Source: a virus (taxonomy: Duplodnaviria; Caudoviricetes). From it: a stretch of 64,000 nucleotides of DNA. A model generated the notes under the pieces. That model did not search any database. It saw nothing but the letters and a program-made list of their open reading frames with translations, and was not told where the DNA came from. The stretch spans positions 35,639 through 99,638 of IMG/VR virus record IMGVR_UViG_3300021400_000379. One strand, 5' to 3'. Of the stretch, positions 49,083 through 57,838 are shown in pieces (within the stretch, counting starts at the first letter, position 1; every line of letters starts with the position of its first letter). A program made the position numbers and the translations under genes.

Positions 49083-49324
49083 TCTTCTTCCTCCTCATTA
49101 ATTAATTTATCAAAACGGTTTACTACGACCTTGGCCGCAGACTCGATCTGCTCGGCCACGGGGCACCTCGTACACCTTACGAACTGCAACTCGCTGAAAC
49201 AATAGTAACAATGTTCCGAGGGCAGTTCAAGGGTACCGCAATCAGTGAGCAGTTTGTAACTTACCATAACAGCACCGATAGTAACAGTATCAACTGGATC
49301 ATATGTAATAGTTGGTCTGTCCAC
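49079..49324 (-). CDS. Cys-rich small protein
   Basis: CYYC...CTRCP; ATGA overlap with the downstream gene. Confidence 0.55.
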   Translation of the reverse strand: MDRPTITYDPVDTVTIGAVMVSYKLLTDCGTLELPSEHCYYCFSELQFVRCTRCPVAEQIESAAKVVVNRFDKLINEEEEE

Positions 49325-49692
49325 AGATTGATTACCAGGCGGTTTGCCTTCAAATCATCTATCAGTGCGTGGATTAGGCCCATTATCACAACGACTGCCA
49401 GGGTCGCTGCCAGCGGTAGAGAGATGTCACCCAGGGCCAGGGCGGGCAGTGACACGCAGATACTCCACTCCATCCCGTGCAGGATAAGCACGATTACGTA
49501 ATCATACCTATACTTCGGGGGGAGTTTCGGTGCAGTACCATTGTGTTTCGCCCACTGTTCTGCCCACCAGCTCTTCTGTTTCATATCTGCCATCTTACCC
49601 TGCAGGTGGAAGTCCTCTACTATGTGTGCGAGGGCCGTCAGCAGGATGATCAAGCCTATTGTATCTATCATTGTATCAACCGATATAATCAC
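49261..49692 (-). CDS. DUF3307-like membrane protein
   Basis: AHIVEDFHLQG, HALIDD, DQLLH. Confidence 0.85.
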   Translation of the reverse strand: MIISVDTMIDTIGLIILLTALAHIVEDFHLQGKMADMKQKSWWAEQWAKHNGTAPKLPPKYRYDYVIVLILHGMEWSICVSLPALALGDISLPLAATLAVVVIMGLIHALIDDLKANRLVINLWTDQLLHMIQLILLLSVLLW

Positions 49693-49940
49693 TGAACTAA
49701 TCCCTATAGCTTCAGATTAAGTATAATCCCAAAGATTGTGAACATACCGATTATCGCTATCAAAGATGTCACCCAACCCCAATCTTCTAGGTCCATCAGA
49801 TGTAACGTTGAAGCCCTGAAGTCTAACTCATCCACCCCATGTAAATAGTGTACCCCGAGGCCTATCGCACCTCCAAGGAATACCCAGAGGAATAGTGAGA
49901 GTATACACTTAAGAATAGGCATAACGATTGCGTCAATCAT
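49689..49940 (-). CDS. Two-TM membrane protein, 83 aa with in-frame TAG at codon 79
   Basis: TAG at 49704-49706 then GGA TTA GTT CAG TGA; the TGA overlaps the GTG of the next gene (GTGA). Confidence 0.6.
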
Positions 49941-50014
49941 CCTTCCACACTCATGTACATCGAGACCGCTATCGCTGTCAGATAGAGTCCGAGCAGTATA
50001 ACTTCGGTCATCAT
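49937..50014 (-). CDS. 25-aa hydrophobic peptide
   Basis: MMTEVILLGLYLTAIAVSMYMSVEG; ATGA overlaps at both ends. Confidence 0.5.
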   Translation of the reverse strand: MMTEVILLGLYLTAIAVSMYMSVEG

Positions 50015-50208
50015 CTCTCCATAGGCAGTCCGAGCCCCTGGCGGCACTTGGTACAGGAGATCTCGTACACCCAAATCTTTGCGTTGGGGTCAACGCCCTG
50101 TGGGTAACTCCTGAAGGTGCCATTACCGCACTTGGGGCATTTGAGGAGGATCATGCCTGCATGAGGGACGTACCCCTCCTTCATGGCGCGATCAATCTCA
50201 TCGGTCAT
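50011..50208 (-). CDS. Zn-ribbon protein
   Basis: CPKC...CTKC. Confidence 0.7.
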   Translation of the reverse strand: MTDEIDRAMKEGYVPHAGMILLKCPKCGNGTFRSYPQGVDPNAKIWVYEISCTKCRQGLGLPMER

Positions 50209-50432
50209 TTTCTCACTAGCCTCTTACACTTCACAGTCCACTCGCCGTTATAAAACTCCTCAAGAGCCAGCACTATCGAGGGGTACGGGGTGGCAGTGAC
50301 AATGTTGTCCTCCTCCGACTGCAGAGCTTCGAAAAAGGTCGTCGCCTCGCTCTCCGTTCTGAAATTCTCTCTGAGGAATTCCTCCCCCTCTTTCATAGGG
50401 TATCCGCGTACCCTAAAGTTGATATCTGTCAT
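50205..50432 (-). CDS. Hypothetical protein
   Basis: GGAGGAG RBS; ATGA overlap. Confidence 0.7.
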   Translation of the reverse strand: MTDINFRVRGYPMKEGEEFLRENFRTESEATTFFEALQSEEDNIVTATPYPSIVLALEEFYNGEWTVKCKRLVRK

Positions 50433-50698
50433 TGTTTCTCCTCCTTGTTGGTCAGCCTCTCTCTGCACCAGTAAGGGCTGGAGCATTTGGGACAGACTGC
50501 TGCGAGAGCAGACTTGTTCCTGGGGGCCCATTCATACCCGCACCTGACGCATTTACGCCTGGTGAGCATTTTCTTGCATTTCGGGCAATGATTGTTGAAA
50601 TTGTCGTCTGTACTATAGAAGAAGAAATTCTTCCCCTTGTCGTCGGTGCAATGTTCGCACCATATCATCAACCTACCGCGTTTTCTCTGATTGTCCAT
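50429..50698 (-). CDS. Double Zn-ribbon protein
   Basis: CEHC, CPKC, CVRCGYEW.PR...CPKC.SPYW. Confidence 0.75.
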   Translation of the reverse strand: MDNQRKRGRLMIWCEHCTDDKGKNFFFYSTDDNFNNHCPKCKKMLTRRKCVRCGYEWAPRNKSALAAVCPKCSSPYWCRERLTNKEEKQ

Positions 50699-50702
50699 GA
50701 TA

Positions 50703-51404
50703 TTACTGCTCCTGTATCCAGGGGGCACACATCAGGGTACATACCGTACCGTCTGCTGTGTACTGGAACTTGCATGGGAAATCGTCTCCCATGCTGATCT
50801 CAAGCTCTACCTTATCGGGCATGACGGAGTTCAGCGTTCTGAGAATGGAGATAGGGTACTCTGCCCTGCCATGGCCCGCAATGGCGATACACTCCTCTGC
50901 CCCAAGCTCGAGCTTGCTGCCGGTCCCATCCTCCTTGTAGCCGTCGACTGCGAGACCCTCCTCTGTAACCTCGATATTGAGGCTTGCCAGGTCATCCAGA
51001 ATACGCAGGATCTGTTTGAACCTTGTAGACTCCAGGATGACCGTTGCTGGGAACTCCAACTCCCTGACTCTGTTCTCGGCCTCGATAGGCGCGAGAAGGC
51101 TGAGTCTGGAGGTTATGCCGTTCCCGGACATGACGATCATCCCACCGTCAAGGCTGAACTCTATCTCAGAACCCAGATACTTGATGGCTTTGGCGAGTTT
51201 CTCGGGGTCCACCGTGAAGTTCTCCAGCTCTGTGTAGTCCGTAAAACAGCCCTCGCCAAGGTCTGCCGTGACAAAAGCCACGTGACTGGGATCGACGGCT
51301 CTCAGCTTCCACCCATGCTCCAGACACTCTACTGTAACGTCGGTAATCCTCTGTGTAAGTATCACTGATAGAGCTTGTTTTAGGCTGTTGGCATTGATTT
51401 TCAT
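50703..51404 (-). CDS. pcn: PCNA sliding clamp
   Basis: About 235 aa; LRAVDPSHVAFV, DFPCKFQY, C-terminal CAP.I archaeal PCNA pattern. Confidence 0.85.
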   Translation of the reverse strand: MKINANSLKQALSVILTQRITDVTVECLEHGWKLRAVDPSHVAFVTADLGEGCFTDYTELENFTVDPEKLAKAIKYLGSEIEFSLDGGMIVMSGNGITSRLSLLAPIEAENRVRELEFPATVILESTRFKQILRILDDLASLNIEVTEEGLAVDGYKEDGTGSKLELGAEECIAIAGHGRAEYPISILRTLNSVMPDKVELEISMGDDFPCKFQYTADGTVCTLMCAPWIQEQ

Positions 51405-51421
51405 GATATACCTCATGTAAC

Positions 51422-51442
51422 TATATACCTATTAGGTATATA
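51422..51442. promoter_or_regulatory. Palindromic TATA/operator site
   Basis: TATATACCTA-T-TAGGTATATA upstream of PCNA. Confidence 0.6.
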
Positions 51443-51443
51443 A

Positions 51444-51776
51444 TCAGTTCGTCCCCAATATGTCCTCGAACGCCTTCAGGTCCTCTTTGGCGGACTCGAG
51501 CAACGTCGGGTCGTGGAGGCCCTCCGCGGACCTGATCATCTCAATAGCCGCGGTAAGGGTGTTATCGAGCCTAACGCAAGTGTGCCAAGCTGCTTTCCTC
51601 CAAGTCATCTCCGACGCAGTATCACAAGGGGTCAGGTCCTCGACACGATGCTCGATATATTCGGAAATGCATTCCAGCAACGAGTCCACCGCGTCGTAAA
51701 TCTTCTTCTCCATCTCACCTGCTCTTTCTGCTTCTTTGCGAGCTTTGCTCGAGTTCACCATCGTCATATCTTTCAC
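51444..51776 (-). CDS. Hypothetical helical protein
   Basis: AGGTGA RBS; 110 aa. Confidence 0.7.
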   Translation of the reverse strand: MKDMTMVNSSKARKEAERAGEMEKKIYDAVDSLLECISEYIEHRVEDLTPCDTASEMTWRKAAWHTCVRLDNTLTAAIEMIRSAEGLHDPTLLESAKEDLKAFEDILGTN

Positions 51777-51963
51777 CTTTCATCTCTGCTACAGTCTTAG
51801 TTACTGCGTGTAAATTCTTACGGCAACGTTCAATATCTTTCCATATTTTTGTCAATGCAAATGCCACGGACTCGTCTGGATCGGCCTTGAGGACCGCCAA
51901 GTCCTCCAAGGCCATTTTGAGTTTACTCTCTGCCAGCTCCATCAGATAGAGAGTCCCATCCAT
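51715..51963 (-). CDS. Hypothetical coiled-coil protein
   Basis: GGGAG RBS; start 1 nt after the dut stop. Confidence 0.6.
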   Translation of the reverse strand: MDGTLYLMELAESKLKMALEDLAVLKADPDESVAFALTKIWKDIERCRKNLHAVTKTVAEMKGERYDDGELEQSSQRSRKSR

Positions 51964-51964
51964 G

Positions 51965-52432
51965 TCAGACTCTCCCTGTGGATCCGTGTCCGCCGTCACG
52001 GGTCGCGGTCGGCTCTTCCTCGAAGAGGTCATAACAAGCAGGGATGAACACACCCTGCATGAATCTCTCGCCTTTCTTCAAGGACAGAGGAACATCTACC
52101 ATGACCTTGGCACTGATGTGGTGGTCTATGTAATCTTTATCGATGACACCGACAGTATTCGCCAGTCTGAATCCGTACTTATACCCAAGCGAGGACCTGG
52201 GCATAAGCTGGATATACCACTGTCTGGGGAAGATCCTGATGTTCTCGGGCTGTCCAGCCAGCATCACGCAGTCCAGGTAAGGCTTCTCCCTACCGTTCAG
52301 CGCAATCTGTGTATCAATCGTATACCACTTTCCCGGTTCCATATCAAGATCATAGGGCATATAGAAGTCATACCCCGCGGATTCCTTGGTCTGCCTCTTG
52401 GGCCTCGGTGTGCTGTCATCTGAATACATCAA
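51965..52432 (-). CDS. dut: Trimeric dUTPase
   Basis: SAGYDF, PRSS, GVIDKDY, RFMQG, RDGGHGSTG. Confidence 0.95.
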   Translation of the reverse strand: MMYSDDSTPRPKRQTKESAGYDFYMPYDLDMEPGKWYTIDTQIALNGREKPYLDCVMLAGQPENIRIFPRQWYIQLMPRSSLGYKYGFRLANTVGVIDKDYIDHHISAKVMVDVPLSLKKGERFMQGVFIPACYDLFEEEPTATRDGGHGSTGRV

Positions 52433-53004
52433 TCTTCCTCCTCTAACTTGTTTGCAATCCTTGCCAGACTGTCGCTAATCTCGGACAGTGCCTCCCTAAT
52501 CTCGATTAATATATCCAGCTCGGGCGTACGAGATTCAGGCATCTCATCCTTGGTGTAGTCTATACTGATTTCTACCCAATATGCTGGATCAACCGCAATA
52601 TCACAGTATTCGTAGACCTTGTATCCGTCCTGCGCTTTACGGTGTGTCTCTGTGACAGAGTCATCATACACCGACTCGACAATATGGTCGATATCTTCTG
52701 CAAAACCTCCTTCACGAGTCCATACGTCCTCACACTCGCCCTTGGACCTGATCAAGAAACGCTTGTAATCCACTCCGATAGTATCTGTGAGGAAGTCTAC
52801 AATCTCATTCACATATGGTGCATGGTTGATAGAGAAATACATCAGATATTGGGTATCATCGAACTGGGCAGACTGCTCATGCATCCATACGAGGTCCGGC
52901 CTCTGCAACTCTGCATCATCCCAAGATGTCTTCTTCCAATAGCTTATCAACCTGTCACAAGTTAGTTTATCACATTCCAGTACGAATTCAGTATAGTAAC
53001 TCAT
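52429..53004 (-). CDS. Hypothetical acidic protein
   Basis: ATGA overlap with rtcB. Confidence 0.75.
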   Translation of the reverse strand: MSYYTEFVLECDKLTCDRLISYWKKTSWDDAELQRPDLVWMHEQSAQFDDTQYLMYFSINHAPYVNEIVDFLTDTIGVDYKRFLIRSKGECEDVWTREGGFAEDIDHIVESVYDDSVTETHRKAQDGYKVYEYCDIAVDPAYWVEISIDYTKDEMPESRTPELDILIEIREALSEISDSLARIANKLEEED

Positions 53005-54263
53005 TCACTCACCCTCCTATTCTTTTTCTGGTCGTCCGGGCTATCGGAGGACTTGAAGTTGTATACGGGTTTCAGGATACTGATGACCTCTGCGGTAGGG
53101 TCGATATTGTCCAAGATATTCTCAATGGGCTTGTATGCCATAGGCGCTTCATCCAATGTGGCTGTGGATACAGAGGTGGTATAAATTCCCTCCATAGTCT
53201 TCTTGTACTCGTCCATGGACAATTGCTTAAGAGCCTGTTTACGCCCGATGAGCCTTCCTGCGCCATGCGGAGCAGAACAGTTCCAGTCAGGATTTCCGCG
53301 ACCTTTGCACACTAATGTACCGTCACGCATATTGATCGGGATCAGGAGTTTCTCTCCGTAATTGGCGGACGTAGCGCCCTTGCGCAGGATCATATCACTC
53401 ATGTTGATGAAGTTATGAATGGAGTCGATTTCCTCCCAAGGCGTCCACTTGGGCTTATCGAGAATCGCGTCACGCATCGCGCGCCTGTTCTGTGCAGCAT
53501 ACTTCTGTGCCAGCCTCATATCGTGGATATACTCGTCATATAAGTCGTCCGTAACGTAGCAGAGCTCATCCGCAAGTTGGGATTTCTTAGGGATTATCCT
53601 CGCTAACGCTGCGCCGATCTCCTTCTCCCTCCCGGTTGCTTTGTATTCCTCGATAATCTTTTTCCTGAGGAACTCTGTATCTACATTGCTCTTACATTGC
53701 TCGATTGCCCTCTTCTGGTAGTAATTGGCGATTTCCAGTCCAAGGTGCCTGGATCCGGAGTGGATCACGAGGCTGTACTCATCTTTCCCGACACAGCGGT
53801 CAAGCTCGATGAAGTGGTTGCCCCCGCCCAATGTTCCGAGAGAGCGTAATGCTTTCTCTTTGTCGATGGGCGCGATATAATCCCAATCCAGTTCGTACGC
53901 TGCGCTCAGAGGTTTGGCGCGGATACTGAATCCCGCAGGTACCTGTTCGTGGACGATCTTGTCCAGCTCGGGGAGGTCCATGCATTTAGGTCCGATATTA
54001 GTGGCGAGCATTCCGCACCCGATATCCACACCTACCAGATTAGGGCACACCGCTTTATGGGTAAGCTTAATCGTAGTTCCGACGGTGCATCCCGCGCCCG
54101 CGTGGATGTCGGGCATCATGCGGACCTGCTGTCCGTCGATGAATTCGCAGTCCATAAGGGTCTGCACCTGCTCAAGTGCTGCATCTTCTACCATGTCGGT
54201 AAAAATCTTTGCTGTTCCGTAGTTTCCAGTTACCATTTTCATATTCTCAACTCCTAATGTCAC
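53001..54263 (-). CDS. rtcB: RtcB RNA ligase (bacterial/phage-type)
   Basis: MPDIHAG, GVDIGCG, GTLGGGNHFIE, HSGSR, HNF..RKGA, HGAGR, DEAP.AYK. Confidence 0.96.
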   Translation of the reverse strand: MTLGVENMKMVTGNYGTAKIFTDMVEDAALEQVQTLMDCEFIDGQQVRMMPDIHAGAGCTVGTTIKLTHKAVCPNLVGVDIGCGMLATNIGPKCMDLPELDKIVHEQVPAGFSIRAKPLSAAYELDWDYIAPIDKEKALRSLGTLGGGNHFIELDRCVGKDEYSLVIHSGSRHLGLEIANYYQKRAIEQCKSNVDTEFLRKKIIEEYKATGREKEIGAALARIIPKKSQLADELCYVTDDLYDEYIHDMRLAQKYAAQNRRAMRDAILDKPKWTPWEEIDSIHNFINMSDMILRKGATSANYGEKLLIPINMRDGTLVCKGRGNPDWNCSAPHGAGRLIGRKQALKQLSMDEYKKTMEGIYTTSVSTATLDEAPMAYKPIENILDNIDPTAEVISILKPVYNFKSSDSPDDQKKNRRVSE

Positions 54264-54529
54264 TCTTTTTTCCAGGCTCTGATTTCCTCTTTCACGTAAT
54301 CAGGGATCTCGTTGATGTACTCGATTTCGAATTCATCGGTATTCTCGTACACCAAGGAGAAATCATTGCCGTGCATACACAGATCATCCGCGTGACCATA
54401 GTGTCTGCGGAAGAAGCTGTCAATCTCGTCCTTGTCCTTCGATATATACCACGGCCCTCCGAAGTGTTTGCCGAGGAATATCGCCTTGCCGCATCCGTTG
54501 CATTTCAGATACATTCTATTGTTTGCCAT
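54260..54529 (-). CDS. Zn-binding hypothetical protein
   Basis: CNGC...H...C. Confidence 0.7.
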   Translation of the reverse strand: MANNRMYLKCNGCGKAIFLGKHFGGPWYISKDKDEIDSFFRRHYGHADDLCMHGNDFSLVYENTDEFEIEYINEIPDYVKEEIRAWKKE

Positions 54530-54627
54530 TAGTCTTCCTCCTCCTCTTCCTCATCATCTATCAAACATGGGTTCTGCGGGTGTTTCTCGCAGAGCTCACG
54601 GTATTTGCATGTCCTGCAGTCAGTCAT
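54529..54627 (-). CDS. 32-aa Cys-rich acidic peptide
   Basis: MTDCRTCKYRELCEKHPQNPCLIDDEEEEEED; TAATG coupling. Confidence 0.55.
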   Translation of the reverse strand: MTDCRTCKYRELCEKHPQNPCLIDDEEEEEED

Positions 54628-54817
54628 TGTGCTTACCTCTTTTGAATTTAGACTTGAGCCACCCTTTGATATCCGGGGGCCAAGCCAGGATTATCGTGAA
54701 GATTATGAATATTGCGCAAACAATGGCAATGGGTGCCACAATGCTGTACACTACCCAATCCCATACGCTGATGTCTCCATTCAGTAAGAGAATATCCCAT
54801 ATCGATAATTTAGTCAT
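54620..54817 (-). CDS. Single-TM small protein
   Basis: Hydrophobic IVAPIAIVCAIFIIFTIILAW and basic tail. Confidence 0.6.
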   Translation of the reverse strand: MTKLSIWDILLLNGDISVWDWVVYSIVAPIAIVCAIFIIFTIILAWPPDIKGWLKSKFKRGKHND

Positions 54818-55007
54818 TCTCGTACGCTCTCCTGTTCCAATCCTCAATGACTTTGGATTTATCATAGCCATTGGCCCATTCGGACTTGGAAAATCTCATT
54901 ACGCAACCCGTACACCATATCATATACTCATTATCCCCTTGTATACTGTTTCTTACGGATAATTCAACATCCGCATTGCAGAATGGACATGGTTTTAATC
55001 CATTCAT
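54810..55007 (-). CDS. Lar-like restriction-alleviation Zn-finger protein
   Basis: LKPCPFC...C..C...IEDWNRR. Confidence 0.8.
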   Translation of the reverse strand: MNGLKPCPFCNADVELSVRNSIQGDNEYMIWCTGCVMRFSKSEWANGYDKSKVIEDWNRRAYEND

Positions 55008-55258
55008 TCTCTCTCCTCTTTATGTTCAGGTGGCACTCTAAGTATTAAATCATACTCTACTCCGGTTGTAATTTCCTGAGGTTGCCAATTGATCCGCGTA
55101 TCATCTGTTGAATCAGATACTGTATTCCAAGATGGCGCCCTGCCCTCTCTCATCATCCATCCGCACCTGCTGCACTCGACAACAAGTATGGGTGGGTTAG
55201 AGGTAAGGGCAGTATGAATGAGTGCGTGTCCGCAGTTCGGACAGTAATTGAAATTCAT
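55004..55258 (-). CDS. Zn-ribbon protein
   Basis: YCPNCG...CSRCG. Confidence 0.65.
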   Translation of the reverse strand: MNFNYCPNCGHALIHTALTSNPPILVVECSRCGWMMREGRAPSWNTVSDSTDDTRINWQPQEITTGVEYDLILRVPPEHKEERE

Positions 55259-55590
55259 TCTTTCTCCTCCTTCCACATCGCCTTCACATCATCAGGAACC
55301 ATCTTCTCCAACACTTCGAGAGGGATTTCATCGACATAGTACGTCGCCCTGAATACCTCATCGGTACACGGATAAACCCCGCCTTTTACGTCACGACATA
55401 CCCAATCTCCACGACTCACTCCCCCACTTCCGTTTGGGGTCTTGATGGAATATCTCTTCACCTCTTTTGAATGGATATCCTCCATATACCCGTTTATATT
55501 TTCTTCGCCTACGAATTCCTCTAACTGCTTCCAATTATCCCCCGTGAATTGAATCGCGTCGACATAGTTGATCTTACGCTGATACCTCAT
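55255..55590 (-). CDS. Conserved phage protein (YRKK..AIQF...GDW...YPC...F..TY family)
   Basis: MRYQRKINYVDAIQFTGDN...GDWVCRDVKGGVYPCTDEVFRATY. Confidence 0.8.
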   Translation of the reverse strand: MRYQRKINYVDAIQFTGDNWKQLEEFVGEENINGYMEDIHSKEVKRYSIKTPNGSGGVSRGDWVCRDVKGGVYPCTDEVFRATYYVDEIPLEVLEKMVPDDVKAMWKEEKE

Positions 55591-55914
55591 TCACTCACTC
55601 TCCACATACCTCTTGAACTCTTGAGCGTTATTGGGTACGGTGACTTGAGACAAATCCATGATGCCATAGATTCTTATGTCCTGTTGGCCCTCATCCCAAT
55701 CCCAATCCCATACCCACACATCTCTACTTTCATCGTATTCTATGTGGCAGCATATGCTCTCCCACTCTTCATCAGACTCCCAGCTATACTTGGCCTCGAA
55801 ATCCAAGAGCACGTAGTTGGAGAGGAACCCATCGGACAGGTTGAGATGTTCTTTAAAATAGGCGTTGATGAAGTCATCTAACTGTCCTCTGGTCACTTGC
55901 AGATATTCACTCAT
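55591..55914 (-). CDS. Acidic Trp-rich hypothetical protein
   Basis: 107 aa with operonic overlaps. Confidence 0.7.
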   Translation of the reverse strand: MSEYLQVTRGQLDDFINAYFKEHLNLSDGFLSNYVLLDFEAKYSWESDEEWESICCHIEYDESRDVWVWDWDWDEGQQDIRIYGIMDLSQVTVPNNAQEFKRYVESE

Positions 55915-56048
55915 TCTTCCACCTCAATCTCATACTTCTTTTTGCCTTGTCTTTTCATATATTCAACTGCTTCTTCCCAACTATCGCAACGTTGGGTCTC
56001 TCCCCAACATTCGTAGTCGTCGTACTCATCCCAATGTACCCAAATCAT
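55911..56048 (-). CDS. 45-aa hypothetical protein
   Basis: GAGGAGG RBS; MIWVHWDEYDD...; ATGA overlap. Confidence 0.6.
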   Translation of the reverse strand: MIWVHWDEYDDYECWGETQRCDSWEEAVEYMKRQGKKKYEIEVEE

Positions 56049-56075
56049 TCAATCTTCCTCCTTTATCCAGCATCT

Positions 56076-56276
56076 TCATCTGAAAGCCCATATTGTACTG
56101 AATCCGTAATCGAGTAGGATGGTGGCCATGTCAGATGAATCCTATACAGCAATCTCGGTTCTGAACCTATGTCTGACTATGAACACGGTATAGCCATCGC
56201 CTACTTTTCTCCACTTGATTATCTTCCATTTACGGCCTATGGCATCACGATAGGTCTTACCGATAATGAAGGTCAT
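56076..56276 (-). CDS. 66-aa protein with in-frame TAG at codon 45
   Basis: TAG at 56142-56144 then DSSDMATILLDYGFSTIWAFR-TGA, which fills the intergenic gap. Confidence 0.6.
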
Positions 56277-56455
56277 ACTTTCTTCTCCATTTTCGCTATG
56301 AGTGCTTGCTTTACAGTTGCCCAGCAGTCTGGGCACAAGTCCATTACACTGTTGCGATCACCCATGTTCACTAGGCTCAGGTCGCATTTGATCCAACCTA
56401 ACATACGGCAATCCTCAATCCTTCCGCAACCATCACATTTAATCAGATGGGTCAT
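56273..56455 (-). CDS. Zn-finger protein
   Basis: CDGC...DLCPDC. Confidence 0.7.
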   Translation of the reverse strand: MTHLIKCDGCGRIEDCRMLGWIKCDLSLVNMGDRNSVMDLCPDCWATVKQALIAKMEKKV

Positions 56456-56820
56456 TCCTTCGCCTCCCAGCAACCTGATCCCATTGTACTGCCTTTTGTA
56501 CAGCCAGCCTGCACATCTTCAAACTCCTCATCCATCAATATACCGATTACAGGGGAGTAGTATTTACAGGTCTGACAGACATGCTAGGGACTATACCTAT
56601 CGCATCTATCCCAGGTACGCCAATTTGGCGGAGCACCATATTCGCGAACAACCTTATTGTTGACCTTACAGTACACATTGGCTCCATAATACACATTCTC
56701 GCAATGCTTACAAGAGTGGGGCTTATCCACGGGGTATGGAAGAGTCCTCTCCTTAGGTTTAGCCGCAAGGGCAAGTTCCGGGAAACAGTCTGATGGCTTC
56801 TTCTTATGGAACATGCTCAT
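56452..56820 (-). CDS. Tandem Cys4 protein, 122 aa with in-frame TAG at codon 79
   Basis: After TAG at 56584-56586: HVCQTCKYYSP...GC...GCWEAKE-TGA, overlapping the next ATG. Confidence 0.75.
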
Positions 56821-57647
56821 TGATATCCTCCTCCTCTGTAATTATAGCCGGCTTGGTTACGTGTCTTCTTCTTTTTCTTCTTGGTCATATCCTTATTTTC
56901 CCTTGGCACTGGCGCATCAGGCACTTTCTCGCCAATCCGCTCGAGGAACTCCCGGTACATTTTCTCCACAGTAGCCTTGTATTCCTCACTCTCGAACGAG
57001 TCGCACAGAGTATATTTGCTCCCAGTGAACAGCCTGTAGGCCACATCCATCCCAATGTTGCTATTGACCACGGTGTGCTGTTCAAGAGCATTGGCCCAGT
57101 CCGGTACATACGTGTCGTCCTCCAGCCACATCTCACTTACATCGAACACCGAATATCCGAAAGGGCCCTGACGCATCTCGTCCTCGTCCAACCCGTTCAC
57201 TTTACAGTACTCGGTGATACACACCTCCATTGCGTCGAGGAATACTGTCCCCTTCCTTGTGAGCCAAGGCCATACCACGGTAGTGCCATGCTCGGTGAGG
57301 CCCATGGAATCAAGAGTCTTGGCCAGGAACTCGGGAATCGGTTCGTGAGGGAAGCCCCATCCATTGTATGGGCTGCGCTGATCCTCTCCCCAATACATGG
57401 GGCCGCTACCCTCGGTCATATATTGCCTTATGCACTCATCCGGCTCCTTGACCCTGCCGTCTATCGCATTTAATAGGTGGTAGATAATGCCCCATTCCGC
57501 ATCAGTTCCGCACCCACAGTATCCACCCAAGGATGTGTTCCCTACTCCAGTGATCACCAACGCGGCTTTGTAGAACTTATTTGAATAGTGAGTCTTCTTT
57601 CCCGCATACATTTTGTCTTCGTTCTGGTCCCATTCATCTCTGTTCAT
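56817..57647 (-). CDS. Hypothetical protein (CGCG and LTEHG...WLT.KG motifs)
   Basis: GGAGGTGA RBS before ATG 57647. Confidence 0.75.
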   Translation of the reverse strand: MNRDEWDQNEDKMYAGKKTHYSNKFYKAALVITGVGNTSLGGYCGCGTDAEWGIIYHLLNAIDGRVKEPDECIRQYMTEGSGPMYWGEDQRSPYNGWGFPHEPIPEFLAKTLDSMGLTEHGTTVVWPWLTRKGTVFLDAMEVCITEYCKVNGLDEDEMRQGPFGYSVFDVSEMWLEDDTYVPDWANALEQHTVVNSNIGMDVAYRLFTGSKYTLCDSFESEEYKATVEKMYREFLERIGEKVPDAPVPRENKDMTKKKKKKTRNQAGYNYRGGGYQ

Positions 57648-57838
57648 TGTGTTTTCACCTCCTTCTGAGTCTTTTCCATATTCTGACGAACTCCGATGAG
57701 CCATGTTATCATGATGTCGAGTTCCTCGAGAGAGATCTGCTTGAAATCCCTCCCTGTGTTGCTCTGCAACTGAAACTGACCCCCACCATAATTGAAGGTC
57801 ACATAATCTCTTCCTAAATTGAGTGTAGTATTAGTCAT
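57644..57838 (-). CDS. Hypothetical protein
   Basis: 64 aa; ATGA overlap. Confidence 0.6.
   Translation of the reverse strand: MTNTTLNLGRDYVTFNYGGGQFQLQSNTGRDFKQISLEELDIMITWLIGVRQNMEKTQKEVKTQ

Noticed and set aside
15292-56820. Genetic code 15 (TAG=Gln) as in some gut bacteriophages
   Set aside because: In-frame TAG is very rare (2711-aa and 2073-aa ORFs have none), no suppressor tRNA is present and the host is archaeal. Pyl fits better, though the amino acid cannot be proven from sequence.
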